From positions 1,984,001 to 2,048,000 of the forward strand of contig JAYWIR010000017.1 of NCBI GenBank assembly GCA_036172245.1: a DNA stretch of 64,000 bases, written 5' to 3'. The translations under genes were made by a program, and so were the position numbers. Positions 36,451-51,189 of this stretch are shown here, one piece after another; the first letter of the stretch is position 1; each line of letters opens with the position of its first letter. The notes below the pieces were generated by a model. The model made no database searches and was not told where the DNA came from. It saw only the letters and a list, made by a program, of their open reading frames with translations. Origin of the DNA: Raillietiella orientalis. Taxonomy: Eukaryota.

Positions 36451-38899
36451 AGTTGCAATCCGACTCCCGAGTCAACTTCTCCTGTTACCCACGAAAATTT
36501 CGTATAGCTGAGAGAGCTTTCCGAAAAGAAAACAGAAAGATGGCAGCCCGAACTCTGCAGTGGTCGGAGACAGACGCGTGCGTCAGCTGTTGGAGACGGT
36601 TAGCACTCTGGTAACCGGGCAAGCGTCATCTCTGTTTCGTGGGGGCTAAAAAGAGTCCATGCAGCACGCCTGGCTACGGGTCCTTCCAGTGTACCGGCAG
36701 GACGAGCGCGAGCAGCCTTGTGCGTGAGTTGCCGAGGAACGGAAGAGGACGAAGAGAGAGGGATCAGGAAAACGCAGCTGCGCAAGCCACCACGAGATCC
36801 GTTCCCGCCCGTTCTTCTCTACCGCAAGCTTTGTGTGTTCCGTAGGGCGAATTTCCTAGCAGCCACGCAGCGCACGGAAGAGGCGAGGAGAGCACGCCCG
36901 CTAATGGCACGGCGGCTGCTGCTAAGTGCACGGCGCTACTTCTCGTCTTCAGCTTCTCCCAAGTTTTCCTCGTTAAACACCTGAACGAATGTGCCTCGTT
37001 GCGAGAGGAGGGAGGGGAGAGAGATGCGAAAGCCCGCCATAGAGATTCCGAGTACCTTTCGGTGCAGGCTCACCTAACGAAGTGATGTTGATTTACTGCT
37101 CACCGCAGGTCGGGAAAGACTAGTGACAAATGATGCTTCTTGCGAGATGGACGTAATGGAAGCCTTTTGAAACCGAAGCCATTTTTCTTAGACAAATGTG
37201 CAATGTTTCATCGGTAGGAAAAAAAAAAAAAAAAAAAAGAAGGAAAACTTGCATCTATCAGTAGGCTACATGTCTTATATTCAAACAAGGTGACAAAAAG
37301 GAGCAGGACGTCCGCAGTTAACGTCTCAAGGCACTCCTGGGAAGGAAGACAACACAAATTAAAACGCCAACAAAAACAAATGCTCCAGTTTAAGAGGGAA
37401 CGATATTCAAGAGCACCAGCACTTGATTTCTTTTTGCAAGGGTGACTATCTTTATGCCTTTGGTGTTAGCCGGAGATTGGCGCTGTCGCCGTAGAAAAAA
37501 AAAAAAAAAACCGTTGTGAACTTTGGATAAACATCTTTCGGAAGATAATGGGTTGGATTGCAATCACAATAAAAAAAAAAATGCCGCAATTTGTAGCCTG
37601 AGTGTAGCCCGAGTAGTAAAAGTTCATCAACTGGCATTCCGCATGGCTTATGGCTGGTGGCTCTCGAGGTTGCAAAGCAGCGTCCCCTGAAGCTCGCTAA
37701 AATTAATCCGATGCAAGATAAGAGCAGCAACTGCATTTTATGGAAAGTATGAGATACTCGCTTTGGAAGAGTCAGAAAGTTGATCCTTTGCGAAGGCAGA
37801 ACGGGACCAAATGGAATCTAAAATGGAAAAAAAAAAAGATTCTTTGATTCTGTTCTTTGATTTCCTGAACTTCCAAGGTGGTGGGGATTGAATAATCGCT
37901 CAGTTAAGTAATTTTTTATACGAGGAATGAAACAGAGCAACATGCCCTGTACATAGTGTAACCGTTTCGTATGCAGCAATTCTCTGTGTAGGTTACCAGG
38001 TCAGTTGGGTCACTGACAGTTCCCCCGTCTTTTCCGCTTTAAGCTATTAAGGAAAAAGCTGCTCTGAGCATTCTGAAAATCCTGGGTCGCAGCGCACCTA
38101 CTGTGGGAGAAACGCATCCATGTGGAAACACGTATTATGGAAGGTATATGTATTATAGATCCCTTCATCTGTATCGTGGGCACATACAGATGCAGATGCA
38201 CAATATATGGAATACTTGCATTTCCACTTACACTCATACACACACATACAGGTAGTACAATAAGTTTATTCCGTGTGCTCGAGAAACGGAATGCCTCTAG
38301 TCCTTGCATATTTGGTTCTGTCTACCCATGCCGTGTTCATTAATGGGATTCAAGACTAAAATCATTGATGAATAGGAAACAAGGAATGAAGATCACATCG
38401 GCTTTAGGATCGAAACAAATGATAAGGTCCGTTTCATCGATCCTGCCGCCTTGGTATTTGTTCTGGAATCCGTGCCATTGCTCAAATGGCTCCAGATCCC
38501 TTTCAGTTCAATCGAATACCCGACAGTGCGATGCACGAAGGGTGCGATTCCATTCAGGAGTTCACAAGAATCAGTGTGCAATCGATTAACTTTTTCTTTT
38601 CCTTGCCCTCACAGCCAGTGAGTTCCTGTCTCTTTGGAGGAGTCTGTCGCAAAATTCCGCCTCCCAATAAGAACTCTTCTTCCTTTCTCATTCCGGGCAC
38701 CGAGGAATAGTCCTCGGCCTCCACGGAAGCTGACCTGCTTCCCGAATGTCTGCAGGAGTCTTGTTCTTTCCCCTCGAAATGAGAATTCCACTGGCATGTT
38801 CTTCAAACTTTGTTCTCCAAGCCAGGCGACTAGGCGTTGAAGGAGAACTGAGGAAGGACGCCTCGCGGTTCTACCTTTCGGAAGAACAAATGCTTGCGA

Positions 38900-39860
38900 T
38901 AGGAGCTCCATCGAAAGGTCCCAAATGTAAAATAGCACCGGGTATTCTATCCAGAAGGAACGGATATGAATTGTTTTCACAGACTGCGCGGTTCAGTGAC
39001 TTGCTGAAAGAGCAGTCAGAGTCGAAATCATTCTCGGAGATGCTGATCGATAGCCGAGACAAGTCTCCATTCATCATTTTTCTCGTAGGTGTCTTTGCAA
39101 AGACCGTCGTTGAAACACTGCAGCTTCTTGAAAGCGGATTTCGGGTCACGGATCACCGAAGACGCCATCTCTTTTCCAAGCACAGGAAGCCGCGTGCTGC
39201 AAATCATTTGCTTCTCCGATGAGATAACAGTCCGTAGTAGATCTTTTTCGCTTTTGCCTGGAGTGAGCACCGAGAAGCATGATGGCCGAAGCCTGCTTTA
39301 GAGCACTAGAATTATTTGTGCACTGAGCTGGATTTCTGTATTGAGAAGAATTGAATTCGTATCCGAAAAATCCCTCATCAAGGATGAGTTAAGGAGCTCC
39401 TTTATCAAGGAGCTTTCGTTCACGAAGAATTTGTGCAGAGACTCCATGAATGAAGGAACGTTCCTTTGTGGGGATTTGCACAAACTGGACCCCTGTCAAC
39501 TAGGAGCCTGGGTAATCGATGATTACGATTCACTCAGGTGTTCCTGGAATACTTGAACGCTGTTCGTGGAATACATCTACTAAAGTAGATGTTGGAATGA
39601 AGACAGGGAAATACGGAATCCCAGAGCTGACTTCCGCTGGAGGCATGCATTGTATCCGATGACAGTCTCCTTGAAGTGCCCTTAACTTCAGTCCTGTGCA
39701 TTGCGCAAGCGATTTTGCTTCCTCCAGCAACGAATTCCTGAGCTATCTTCATTGAAGTGGAGACGAATGCAGGAGAGGAAGGCGATTTGAATTCTCAGAA
39801 GCGTTCTTTGATAATTACTACCTCCTACTCAACCATCTAATTTCCACTTCTGGATTTTGA
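38900..39860 (-). mobile_element. Decayed hAT transposase
   Basis: Ordered motifs: LDG* (~DGW, 39840-39829), STSMKIAQEF (~HT..NIA..L), KLRALQGD (~K.....TD), PYFP/C/FIPTSTLV (~H.PCFAHTLNL), CSTRL...KSAFKKL (~TRW...K.AF..L), DEWRLVSAIDQHL (~EW.....I...L). Confidence 0.5.
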
Positions 39861-40121
39861 CTGACTCCTGCGGTAAACTTGACTTTCTCTGCACAATCTC
39901 GACTCAGTTGCCTCCTTAGAATTTAATGTCTCATGGGATCCCATTTTTCTCTTTCTAGAACGGCTTAAGATCCAGGAAATAGCTGGCGAAAGACCCTTCT
40001 ATTTCAGAAGAGCTCCACTTGTATACAGTTCAGATGTATAGAAGGTCAGATCCATAAACTTCTATAGATGTACGGAAGATATCAGCAAGAGATTTTTAGC
40101 AAACTAGGTCTCTGCTAGACA

Positions 40122-40373
40122 TATTTCAGAATGTGTAGGTGTTCAGAAAGGAAGATTACCCACAAGAAAGGATTAGCATTTCGAATGTTTCCTATTCGGG
40201 ACGCAAGTTGGTTGGAAGCCATAGTAGATGCGTGCAATGAAGGAGACAGTGAAACCAAGTCAAATGAAAAAAAATCTTATCCACGCCTAATTTTTGAATA
40301 CGTTTTAGAAAAGAAACAGAAAATCCTTAGTTACTCGAAATTGTTCCAGTTGTTGCACTTGTCGGTGGAGTGA
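40122..40373 (+). pseudogene. Degenerate THAP zinc-finger domain, likely a DNA-transposon N-terminus
   Basis: MCRCSERKITHKKGLAFRMFPIRDASWLEAIVDACNEGD...PRLIFEYV...LLHLSVE versus THAP C....C.N....G.SFH.FP..D..R...W...C.R.D...RLCS.HF...L...AVP. The key W, C and H residues are substituted. Confidence 0.5.
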
Positions 40374-40999
40374 TGAACAAATCCAGGGACGGGAAGGGCA
40401 AACGAAAATAGATCAATGCCAGTGAGATGCACTAAGTCAGACGAGGAATTGGTAGAAGAACAATTCCAAACAGGTGAGGTGTGAATTTAACCAAAAGGTT
40501 GTCGGACGAATTCATTAGGAGTCAGAGCGAAAGAATAGCTGACAGACAAACAGTCATCAAGTCTGTGTTCATGTATCTGCAAAGTCTAAGATTCTCATAA
40601 GAAACTATGTGAGTTCGTTGAGTGATGAAAATTGAGCAAGATACAGAGGACAAATTCATGTAGGATTTAACTGACTTCAAATATACTGAAGAAGTCATTG
40701 CAATATATTTTCCTGCAAGAACACCGTTATTTATTTGAGCACGAAATAGAACGGAAATTAGAGGGTCACATTGATTTTTATTAAGTAGATACAATACTTA
40801 CAATTCATTTCAGATAATCAATTCTGCCTGCTTTGTATTTTATTTTTTTCCGTCTCGGAGGAACTCCATGGGATTCACTGGATAAGTAAAATGTAGATAG
40901 ACATCTTGAACCGCATTCTCCTTGTCCAATTCTGTTTCCTTGTTTTCCTATCAGATTTCTTTTTTTCCATCTCGCCATACAATATAAAATATTGTCAAT

Positions 41000-41520
41000 C
41001 AACTGATGATATATGGACCAACAATTTATAGACCATCCAAGAGATAAAACATCACACGAGTATCTTAAAAGGAGTTGGAAAAAAAAATCTCCTCTTAGTA
41101 TTCCAACAAGATGAGGTAATACATCTTAGGTAATGGCTGCCTATGCGTAGTAAAAGTAGAGTTCCTTGGAAATACTGGTTATGGAAACTCTGAAGATGGG
41201 ATGGAGGTTAGGAGGAACGTTAGGGAATAACCTTCTGAACTGCGGATATCACCATTCGCAATGACCTAAAAGAGGAGTTTATTCTCTTTCAGTCTCCGCA
41301 TAAATAGAAATTCCTCAAATAGGGCAGTCAGAATATCCCTTATGATCTGAGCTACCGACTCAAGTAAGAGGCAATCAAGCGTTGAGGAATGATTTCTAAT
41401 GCGGCTCGTGAGAATGCGTTGCAAGTTGCACTTGAAAGTCGGTCTCTCCGCATGGCTTGTTCTTAACGTTTCTCTCTCGTTTCCGTCATTTCATGATGGC
41501 CATTATCTCCCTAATTGCAT
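41000..41520 (-). mobile_element. Decayed Gypsy-type integrase fragment
   Basis: GDNGHH (~SDNG), H/PQ/TLDCLLLESVAQIIRDIL (~HPQTDG..ER.NQ.I...L), ANGDIRSSEGYSLTFLL (~AYN...HSSTGYSP..LL), and downstream VGPYII (GPY/F motif). Confidence 0.5.
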
Positions 41521-41699
41521 TTCGAATGGGTACAAGAACTCTCTAAATTTGTTTCATACGTTTGTGGGGCCAGAAAACTTCGCCCTTTTCACTGATGGCA
41601 AGGATGGAAAGTCACCAATTCGAAGTTTGCACGTTTGAGTAATGTTTCAAGAGTTACTGTCCTCTGATCTTCATAAGTTCCACTCGTTTTGACTTGGAA

Positions 41700-42760
41700 T
41701 TACGATTCGATCGGGTTAAATTCTTCAGACAACTTTCATCACAGCCGTGTAAAAGAGTCCATGAGGAGATAAAAATGGACTGCTTTGGCCTGGAGAAGTT
41801 CCATGAGACTTATTAGCTTGAGTTTTATTAGAGCGCGCCATTTACTCGAAGATACCTACCTTGATAAATTCACTCTCTGGAACCATCGAGTTGTTTTTGC
41901 TTGAGTGGGATCTCTGCATTTGACATGAAGTTTTTACATCTCTCTGCTTCTCTTGTCTACACTGCAAGTGGTCCCCTCTGAGAGTTTTCATAAATCTACA
42001 ATTGGATCAGCGAGACAATTCTATAAAGGAATAAATTGTTCGCTTACTGAATACAAAGACGTATGTTAAGATCGGTTCTTCCTGTCTCCCAAATGCTTCT
42101 TTTAGAACGGATGTGAAACCAAATTTTTTTCTACCGTGTAGGTGAAGATCTACAAAGGTCATATGCGCTCTTTCACAATGCAATCTTTTTATAAACAATG
42201 TTTCTTAGCATTGCTCATAAGGGTTGTAAGTTCTGAACAGGGAATTTTTCAACTTCTCATTGACAGTTCACATAGTAAAGGGACAATCGATGGATTTTCT
42301 TGATCTAACAACATTACGAGATCAGAGGGGGGAAAACCATCATGTAATTTGAAAATTTGTTGAAAAAGTCAGGGAACTGAACGGGAATTTTAGGAAGTGT
42401 TTTCAAGACCTCTGATGAAAATGCTCTCAAAAAAAAGTGTTTTGAGAAAGTGATCAGTCAAAGGACAGACTCCTGAGGAAGAAATAAATTTGTAAAGAAG
42501 GATTGATCACTGAAGAATGAGTCCAAACAAACGAAATGTTTGGGTTCACTCAAATACAAAAGCATGAAGCTTCTGATACGAAAAGAACACGAACTTTTGA
42601 AAGGACTGAATCTTTGATTCTCTAGGAACTCTTGGAATAAAAAGTAGAGCATCTAAGATTTGCGTGCAGGAGAGCTTGTTTTGGCCGAACACGACTTTTT
42701 GATGAATTCCAAGTGGAGCTCACTTCAAAAACGATACGCAGCACTTCGATTCCCACAATG
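41700..42760 (-). mobile_element. Decayed hAT transposase, C-terminal half
   Basis: EVSSTWNSS (~DV.TRWNST, 42726-42700), SPFKSSC (~PF..AT), LSEPKH/PNIS (~LS..K.PT.S), VMLLDQ (~LLDPR), and a weak dimerisation-like PGQSS...LFYTA. Confidence 0.45.
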
Positions 42761-43299
42761 AGGCCATTCATGTGAGCTTCCATCCCAACTAAAATGAAAG
42801 CGAAACCCGGGTTTCTTATAGTCATTCACGTTTGGGTACCATACATCCTTGTCTTTCTTTCCTTTGAAGTCGGGATTGCACCATTAGCTTAGCAAAACTG
42901 CGCTTTTCCATGAAATCATGTACACAAATGGAGTGCTCCTATTTTTATAACCATGTTTAGTCACCAATTCTAGAGGTATATTTTGCAGCTGAGGTATTTC
43001 TATTCCTTGAAGCTGTTTCTTTTTTTTTTTTGCGTCATAACAACTTCTCAAATTCTTCCTTCACCTGAAAATCGCATTTTACTTCTCAAATGATGATTTT
43101 CAAGTGATGCTGTGCTGCCACATTTTATCTTCATGATCACTCCTCTGTTAAATTTCCATTTTCCACGCTGCAACAGCATGAAACACAGGTTAGTGAACAC
43201 TTTGAGGTTGCTGTCGCCTGTCTTCGATGTTCACCACTTTATTTTGAAATTCAGTTTCGCTACTTGAATAAACTATTGCCCTATTCGACCCAACATGGA

Positions 43300-44350
43300 C
43301 TCTTTTGTGTGTTTTGCTAACTTCCCATGCAACTCAAAACACTATTTCAACTCAATAAGCTGTACGCCCAAATATCCGAGAAGAAATTCGCTTCTCATGC
43401 TTTCATTTTCGTGAGAAATTCTCCTGCACTTGCTCCTCACGAAATATTCCTCAATAGGGAAAGTTTCGCAGAAAAACTAAAACAAAAACCATGAACAACT
43501 GTTGGCTCCGTTGAGGTTTCTTGAGACAACTAGATGGTGTACACTACTCATGATGAGAGCATTTACTTGACCAGTTTCTCTGCGCATCTCAGTACGAAAG
43601 TAAAGCCAGTCAAGGAGTTCGAAACTACAGATAAGCTCAGAGCAATTCACTTGCACTTGTGAAATTCGCTCATCTTGTAACTCAGAGTGGCTGCGGATGA
43701 AGAGCTGTTTATCCTTTCCCCTAAACCGCATGTCTTCACTTGAAACTTGGACAAGAAAATGCAGTTTTATTATCCAATATCCAATTAGCTGGCATTGAGA
43801 AAAATTCTTATGATTATGGAGAACCAAGAGAACAAAAAGCAACTGCATCTTTTACTGTCAAGTGAGCCTCACGAACAGGAATTTTTAGCAGATTTTTCTC
43901 TAGAGGGTGCCTTGGTTTCCGTTTGGAGAGTTCAAATTTCGAATCATCACCGCCAGGATTAGCCTAAGACACTAATGTCTCCCTTTTCTGATTCCAAGAT
44001 ATGCTTGCAAAACTCTCTCTGTGAAAGAATTAAGAATACGGAACAAAGCTAAGAATAAAATGTCACGTGCTGAGTTTGCAGAGCAACATCTCCAAGATAG
44101 CATGCTCTCTGGATGCCTAGTGAACGGTCTGCTGCGAGCGGTCGGCAATCAACATCGGCATAGGACAAGCAGCTACTCATGCTAAACTCATTCTCATGAC
44201 TCATCTCTATACAATACAGTTGCGTATATGTCTACGTACAGATCCAGGAAAACAGCCAAGCTTTCAAACTTCCAGCCACTGTGGTCAAAATCTGAAGTGA
44301 GTTTCTCAGAAAATCAAAGATCTGCAATTAGCATACCTGGGTTTTCTCTC
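43300..44350 (+). mobile_element. Decayed hAT transposase
   Basis: CFANF/MQL (~CFAH.LQL, from 43310), ETTRWCTLLMM (~TRWNS...M, 43523-43555), SEWLRM (43682), PLWSKSEVSFSENQRSAISIPGFS (~hATC dimerisation W......FP.L...A...SIPASS). Confidence 0.5.
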
Positions 44351-46929
44351 GATGAATAACAGGTATGCCATCTTAATGACACGTGATCTCCGTGTATCTT
44401 TTCAGCGGGTTACCCATCTTATATGTTAATGAGTGGACAATGCTCGCATGAAAAAGTGAAGTGGAGCAAAGTACATAAGTAATGCTTTTATAACATAGTG
44501 TGACAATAATAACATTTTGGTTCAGTAACTGTATTTCTATATCACATCATTTCTCGTGGATGGCTTCAGGAGCCGTTCTCGAAGTTTCTCAGAAGAAGGA
44601 CTACTATTAATCAATCGATTTTTCCGCTCCGGTTTACAAGGATCAGAGCTATAAACCCATACAGTTACGGAACAAAGCTACAGTTAAAGAAAATCTACCG
44701 GCACCAGTAAATCTAATTGATGACTTCGTAAAATCTCTAAATTTCCTTAAAAAGAATCATCACAGGCAAACTATTCGTTTTATCAGTCCTCGTAAACAGA
44801 CTAATAAAAAATTAGAATGAACTCATCTTTTCTTTAGAGGTGTCATCATTGCTCTGCTGAAATTCCGAATAATCTCGGGTCTATTGCTGGGCATCTAACG
44901 GTTACTGCTTTCTCCTTCCGAATATCAATATTCGGCTCATTAGATCACTTCTGGTTCCTGGCATTCCGGGAGACCTTCATTTATGTTGTAAACAGAGCAG
45001 AAAAATGAAAATCTTCGGGACTTCTTAAACGAATAAGCCAGCAAACTGAAATTTTAGTTATTCCTCGACTTTGAAATGAAGCGTTTCCTTTCTCCGTTTG
45101 AGTATCGTTCATTGCCGCATGTAATTTGTGCCTGACGTCCAAGACTTTTTTTTTTTTGGCATGAAGGCATTTCAAAGGTTTGTTTCAAAACGTGCTTTTT
45201 TCCAAACCTGTTCCTCCTCACATCACTGTCCTTTAATTCTCGAATTCTGCATCGTTTGTTAACAGACGTGGTTTGTCATTGTGGAAGAAACAGCCATCAA
45301 GGCATTTTCTGTTCCGTAAGGAAAATTGCTGCATTTGTTAACCAGCGATTATGTGCACTCGCACAGCAAGCTGCAGTCGCTAAGACGAAGGCAAACTTAG
45401 TGCATTCTTCAAACAATCCAAAATGCATTTTTTTTTTTAGAAAAAAAAAATCTATATTGGCGATTTTTCCAATTCATTTCTATTGTAACTTATTCCAAAA
45501 TACAGAAAGAAAACAAAATGGTTTCTAAATTTCCCGTATCGTTGCCATATGCATTCCTTCATCGCTATTCCTTGCTTCCTCTATTGCCACCGGGATACTG
45601 AAAACAAGAAATGCAGTCATTTAGAATTTCTGTTGGCGAATCGAACGCTCAGTACAGTCCCAGAGACTTAGTAAGTACATTTACAAGCCATCTTACAACA
45701 AAACTGGACGAATTCTCAGCATTTTGTTTCTTCTTCGCGAGCACTGCATCGTGCGGCTTGAGGACCTGTGACAGTATTTATCTACAGGATGGCAACACAT
45801 GAATAAAAGGCTGAGCACTCCGTTTCGAATGATGCATCAGAATCAGCCGTCATAGTTTGAATACTCTGCGGACAGCATCCAATTATCTAATTATGTGTCC
45901 CGATTAATCGTCGGAGAAACTGTGTACTCCCTCAGAAATAAGCGTCGCGCCAATATGTGCTAAATTATGAGCAAGAAGCTGCGTAGCACTAGTTGAGTGG
46001 ACAGTGGTGAGGGTAGAAGCAAACCCGTCGCTTGTCTCGCAAGTGTATGCACCTGGTTCAGGAGATTAAAAATCCTTCAAGGGATTTGTTCCAAGGAAAA
46101 AATTGCATTTCAGGTCTCGTGAATTAGAAGAAATTCATATACTGCATTCTTGCACGTAATTAACGTGTGATTAATGTGAAATGCCTGGAGCTGCTGTTCT
46201 ACATACTCGTGATTGCCTAAAAGTCATACTTATTTATAGGGCATTTCGTTCTTGCTTATGATGAATTCCACAGCTAAGTCAAGATTTCTTCTATAAGCAT
46301 TGCTCCATTCAACAAAATGCCTTGCAGCTGACCTGTACCTTTGTGATCACCATGGCAACATCTAAGATCATTCGATTTCGATCGAAGATACGCCCACCTT
46401 CTTCCGGCTAAAGTAGGCTTTCGGAATCGCCATCGAACTATGAAATACAACCGCATTTTCAGTAGCTCGCGTCATGAGCGGCACAAGATTGCAGCACCGG
46501 AAGTGAATTGGACCATCTCATGAGTCGTGGAATCACTAAAGTGCCTCATCTTCAGTATATGAAATCAAGAGCTAGAAAGTCACACTGCACTGTAATGGTT
46601 GCTCTCTGTATTCTAACATGAATACCATTCCCAATTGCAGCTGTGAATCTATAAATCTATGTAGTCAGGGACCATAAAATCTACGGAATTGTAGGATTTG
46701 AAGCCAAAGCGCCATACAATACCGAACGATCACCTGTGTGAGTTACAGAATTTTTATAAGTACGGCAATTTTTAGAAGCTAGCTAGAAAATACCGCTGTT
46801 ATAGAATCACTATTCTGCTGAAAAGAACAGCTCACGGTGGATTTAAAAACAGAATTTCTCACTGGTAAGACTGGCCAAACGGTAGAATAGAGAACGAAAT
46901 GACTCCATGGATGCAAATTCCAACTATCT

Positions 46930-47090
46930 CGCAAGGGAACATCCACGCAGCAATGGAAACGGAAGTGAAATTGGTAGGTAAAAACTTATAAAGACGCGTG
47001 AACATGTAAAAGCAAATGCAAAACTTGTGCTTGCAAGAACGAATCCCGAGAAGCCTATTTAACTTGGCAGAATGGAGCTTCAATCAGGAA
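46930..47090 (+). mobile_element. Possible integrase fragment
   Basis: EHPRSNG (46937-46957), then, after one frameshift, LAEWSFN about 42 codons later (~HPQ.NG...AEF/W.YN). Confidence 0.3.
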
Positions 47091-50000
47091 AAAATTGCTC
47101 GTGTTCATGACATGCTGCGAAGAGCAAAATGATCAGCTGCATGGATCCACGAACAGGAGGAACACTTCGAACCTAACCTTGAAAGCTGGTCATGAGAATT
47201 TCGTGGAGAAAAATCATGCGAAATTTCAAGCGCTCCACGACGTCGGAAACCAGAAATGGACCATTTTAGGAGTAGAGACTTTTCGTCCACATCCGAAGAT
47301 CAAACTTTAGATGTGTACACCTTAGATGTGAAAAAATCCGTATAACAGGAAAGCATGATGTTCAAACAGTAATATATAATCATCATGCAGCGTTTTTATT
47401 TTCTCAGTCTTTCAGTGAAAAAATTACTTTCTTTGAGGGTACCGAACCCAAGGTACCGAACGCTGCGTCCCTATCAGGATTAAAATGTAGATGACACTTT
47501 AACAGAAGATGATTCGAAAATCGGAAGAGTTCATATCGACGAGGTGCGCTTCCGGATTGGCAAGTATAATCTAAAACTAATATCTGTGATTTATTTTTTG
47601 AAGCTAATCAGTTTTATTTGTAATGCGAAACACTACCAAAATGAAGTGTGGAATTTCAATGCTAAATGAGTTTGCCCCTGAAGGGCTTCTGACTTGCTGC
47701 TTTTAGCGTGTGACTTCGTTTGAACGGCTGACGCGTATATCCAACGTGAAACATCATTAAACCTGTGTGTGCCTACGGTTAGATTTTTAGCAGTTACTCT
47801 ACTTTTCAGCATGCCAATTAAAAATGTTTCCCAAAGAGAATCGTGCATTTCACTGTTCCTTTTCCAATCATGAATGTTCAGTTTTTGGGTGTTACTTGAG
47901 GCCACAGTGATTTACTGTTCGCCACAACTGCTGGCTTTTTTAAACTTGGTTAAGTGTTCTTGGTACTTTGTTCTTCCGCTTCATCCCCCCAAAACATCAA
48001 ACTGAAATTTTCCCTAAACTTTTCATGTAAGAATTCCTTACCGAGACTCTTCAAATTCTGAACTCACTCAAAGAAATGGAGTGTCATTTATGCTGCTTTC
48101 GCGGAATCTTCACTTTCGAACGTCATATGAGCGAACCTTTATTTACCTCGGTAATTTTAATTCTCCGTTGCTATATTGAACCCCTGAAGCAGGTTGAAAC
48201 CAAAGATTTCCTAATGAAACTCAATAAAGCAGTGATCGAGCGACAAAACCAAGGCGTGCAAGTTGATCCCTTGAGAAGGCTGAGAGGTTGAAAAAGCATT
48301 ACGACGTTCCATCACGATTCACCCCTTGGGAATGGACACTCATTTCCTTTGTAAGATCGGAAGGAAACCAAACGTTCTCTCATCAAAAACGAATCTGATG
48401 CTATGAGATATACGTGGATTCTCAACACTAAAATCCAAAGTGTAAGTCGCCAAACCTAAAGATTATACGACTTGCAGCTTTGCTTTTGCGCCAACAGATG
48501 ATTTAATTTAAGGATTGAAACCCGAATGCTTCCTTGCTCTCATTGAGTGTCCGAGAGATGCTTGATGTGGAGAGCTTCTGGAAATCTCAGCGTTCACTGA
48601 GTATCAGCTTGTCAACAAAGGTGAATTGGAGTCCCTTTGGAATGCATCACGTTCGCAGGACCTTGATTCTGAATGAGATGCATGAGATCTGTTGGGGATA
48701 GAGTCTGTTGATTTGTGTGTCTTTGTCTGCGCTTTTTTCATACTAATTTCCATTCTGATCAGCAACTTAAGGCGCACTTACGATTCTCTCAATTTTTCCA
48801 GAATTTATTCAACAAACTTCTGAAATTCATTGCAGTGTTTTCTACCAGATTTCTTTCCCATGAAATTCTACAGAGCATCCTGTGGCTGAAACACAAAAGT
48901 GCCTCTACGCTGCTCGACGTCTCCATCACATCTCCTTAAGGTTTTATTGTTCCATATGGAATGTTTCTTTATCGATTGATTGCTCTTGAGGATTTCTTTT
49001 CCCATAAATTTAAAAGAGCTTCTCTCCCGTTTCCTTCTTGTTTTCTGGACAATTCTTATCTCACTAACTCTGTTCAGAATTGACAGAATCTCTAGATGAT
49101 CATATCAGCTTTCATTGTGAGTAGGACAGTCAATGAATACGCCATGGCTTAACTGGTGGTGTTTATTTGTTTGCAAAAGAATGTGGGTATTGAACAAGAA
49201 AATCGTTGCGGCTTACTTTGAAATGAGTCTTGTAATTCGGTGGGCTGCGATTCTGGCTTCTCACAAACCTACAAATCTCAATTAATAAGGAGCTCGATCA
49301 TTAAATGAAATATAGATGATTGAAATATTGAAATATCTGCTTAATTGAAATATAGATGCTAATTCAATTTATTGCATAAATGTGATTTTCCACACTAAAA
49401 AAATTATTTTCGCGGAAGCCCTAACAAAGAACATCGAAATATTTCTCTTTTCACATCTCTTATACAGCCACAAGGTCTAGAGTACCCAGCAAGACATTAC
49501 GAAACCAAAAAAAAGTAGCATTTAAAATCAACTGAATATAACACGAAATAGTTTGAAGAACACTTAGACCGCTCGTAGGAATTCAGAGGAAAAAACGGAA
49601 ACAGCTGAAGGCAAAATAGCAAAGGGCAACTGAACTAATGAAACAGCAAGGACTAAGAGCAGCCAGGGCTCACAAGGATTGTTCCTACAATAGAAGGATG
49701 GAAGGAATTATGGAGTCATGATTTTAGCTTACTACTGCTATTAAATATAATTACTAATAAAATACAAATGCAGTCCCGCTAGAGGAAATTTTTTTTTATG
49801 GAAACACGACAGTTCACATGTTTGCCCGAATTTCATCAATCTCGGTTTGGTTTTCTCAAATGTCTAAGTAATCAAAACAGATTTGAGATTCCTGCGCCTG
49901 CAATCGAGAATGACTTTTATTTCAGCTTGAATGAAGGGCTGATGTGCATTCTACGCTCCTTAAGTGCAGTCCAAATTTTGGAACCATAAACCAGTGTTTC

Positions 50001-51189
50001 CAACAAGACATTAGTATCCTGAACCAATTCAGCTAATGAAAACACGAAGACTCTAAACATCGGATGCTGTTAATAGGCACTATCATGTTCTTTTTGATCC
50101 GCGGACATTTGAGCTGTTTCCGGAAACAATCCATGTTTATTCTGGACATCCTGACATCTGAGCAATTAAACTGTTTCAACTCACGCAAATAAAGGACTCA
50201 TACGATAAGGGAAGCAGACTTTTTATATTTAGGTGCATGTACACATGTGTGACAGAAAAAGAAATTTACACATATATGTGAGAGTAAATTCCTTTTTCTG
50301 AGCCTCCCTCGATGTGTATCCGTACATATCAAGGAAAACAGTGTAGTATGTGAGTATGTGTTTGTAAGAGACAGTGAAGAATTTGCATCTGTTTAAGAAA
50401 TCTGCCGTATTATTATTAATTTTGCACTCTGAAAAAAAAAGTCAGTTTAAATATCGGTAGTTTACTATTTACTTTCTATTTAGTATCATAACCTCTCTTC
50501 CTCTGAAGAGGCTTTTAGCTGGTAAAAACATGAAAACAGGAAAAGGAATACTAACTTTCAGAGCTTTTAAACGTCGTCCTACAGGCATGAAACATATTGA
50601 GAAAGAACTCGTATTCCTTTCCTTCTCCGAACATCCCACTATGTTTGATTGAATGTTTCATATGTTTTCACTATCTCACCACCTCACTGTTGGGAGCAGA
50701 GCGCTCGCAAAACTGGTCACAGCTGATAAAGAAATTGATAGCTCTCTTTAGAAGACATTCTATGAATTCTCTGAAGTCATAGTTTGATCACCTTTCTGGA
50801 GGTACGGCCACCAAAGGAGGGCCTTCGAATCTGTTTGCATGTGAGAAATGTCATCCCAAGTACGAAGGATAAATTTAATTGATTCCTAACTTCTTGATAT
50901 AATTATCGTTGGAAAAACTGAAAAAGATGGATGTTTTAAAATCTCTCGCACTGATAAACCCTCCACGATACGGTTACATATCTGAGTTTGGGAAGACTGC
51001 AGTCTCGAAGTGGGCTATTACTTACAGGGGCTCTTGGTAAAAAATATCAAAGAGGAAGCCCCTGTAATGGCTGCAACTGGCTTGACTCTTCAAAAGAAAT
51101 GGTACTTCAATTTAGTTGTCAACAGCGATCACGAATAGTTCTGCCCTTCCCAGGGAAGAAGCTTCGAGTTGGCGAGTCTCCTTAAAGAA

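Noticed and set aside
46274..46456. KPTLAGRRWAYL...DLR resembling the end of a Gypsy RNase H
   Set aside because: Only one motif; insufficient support.
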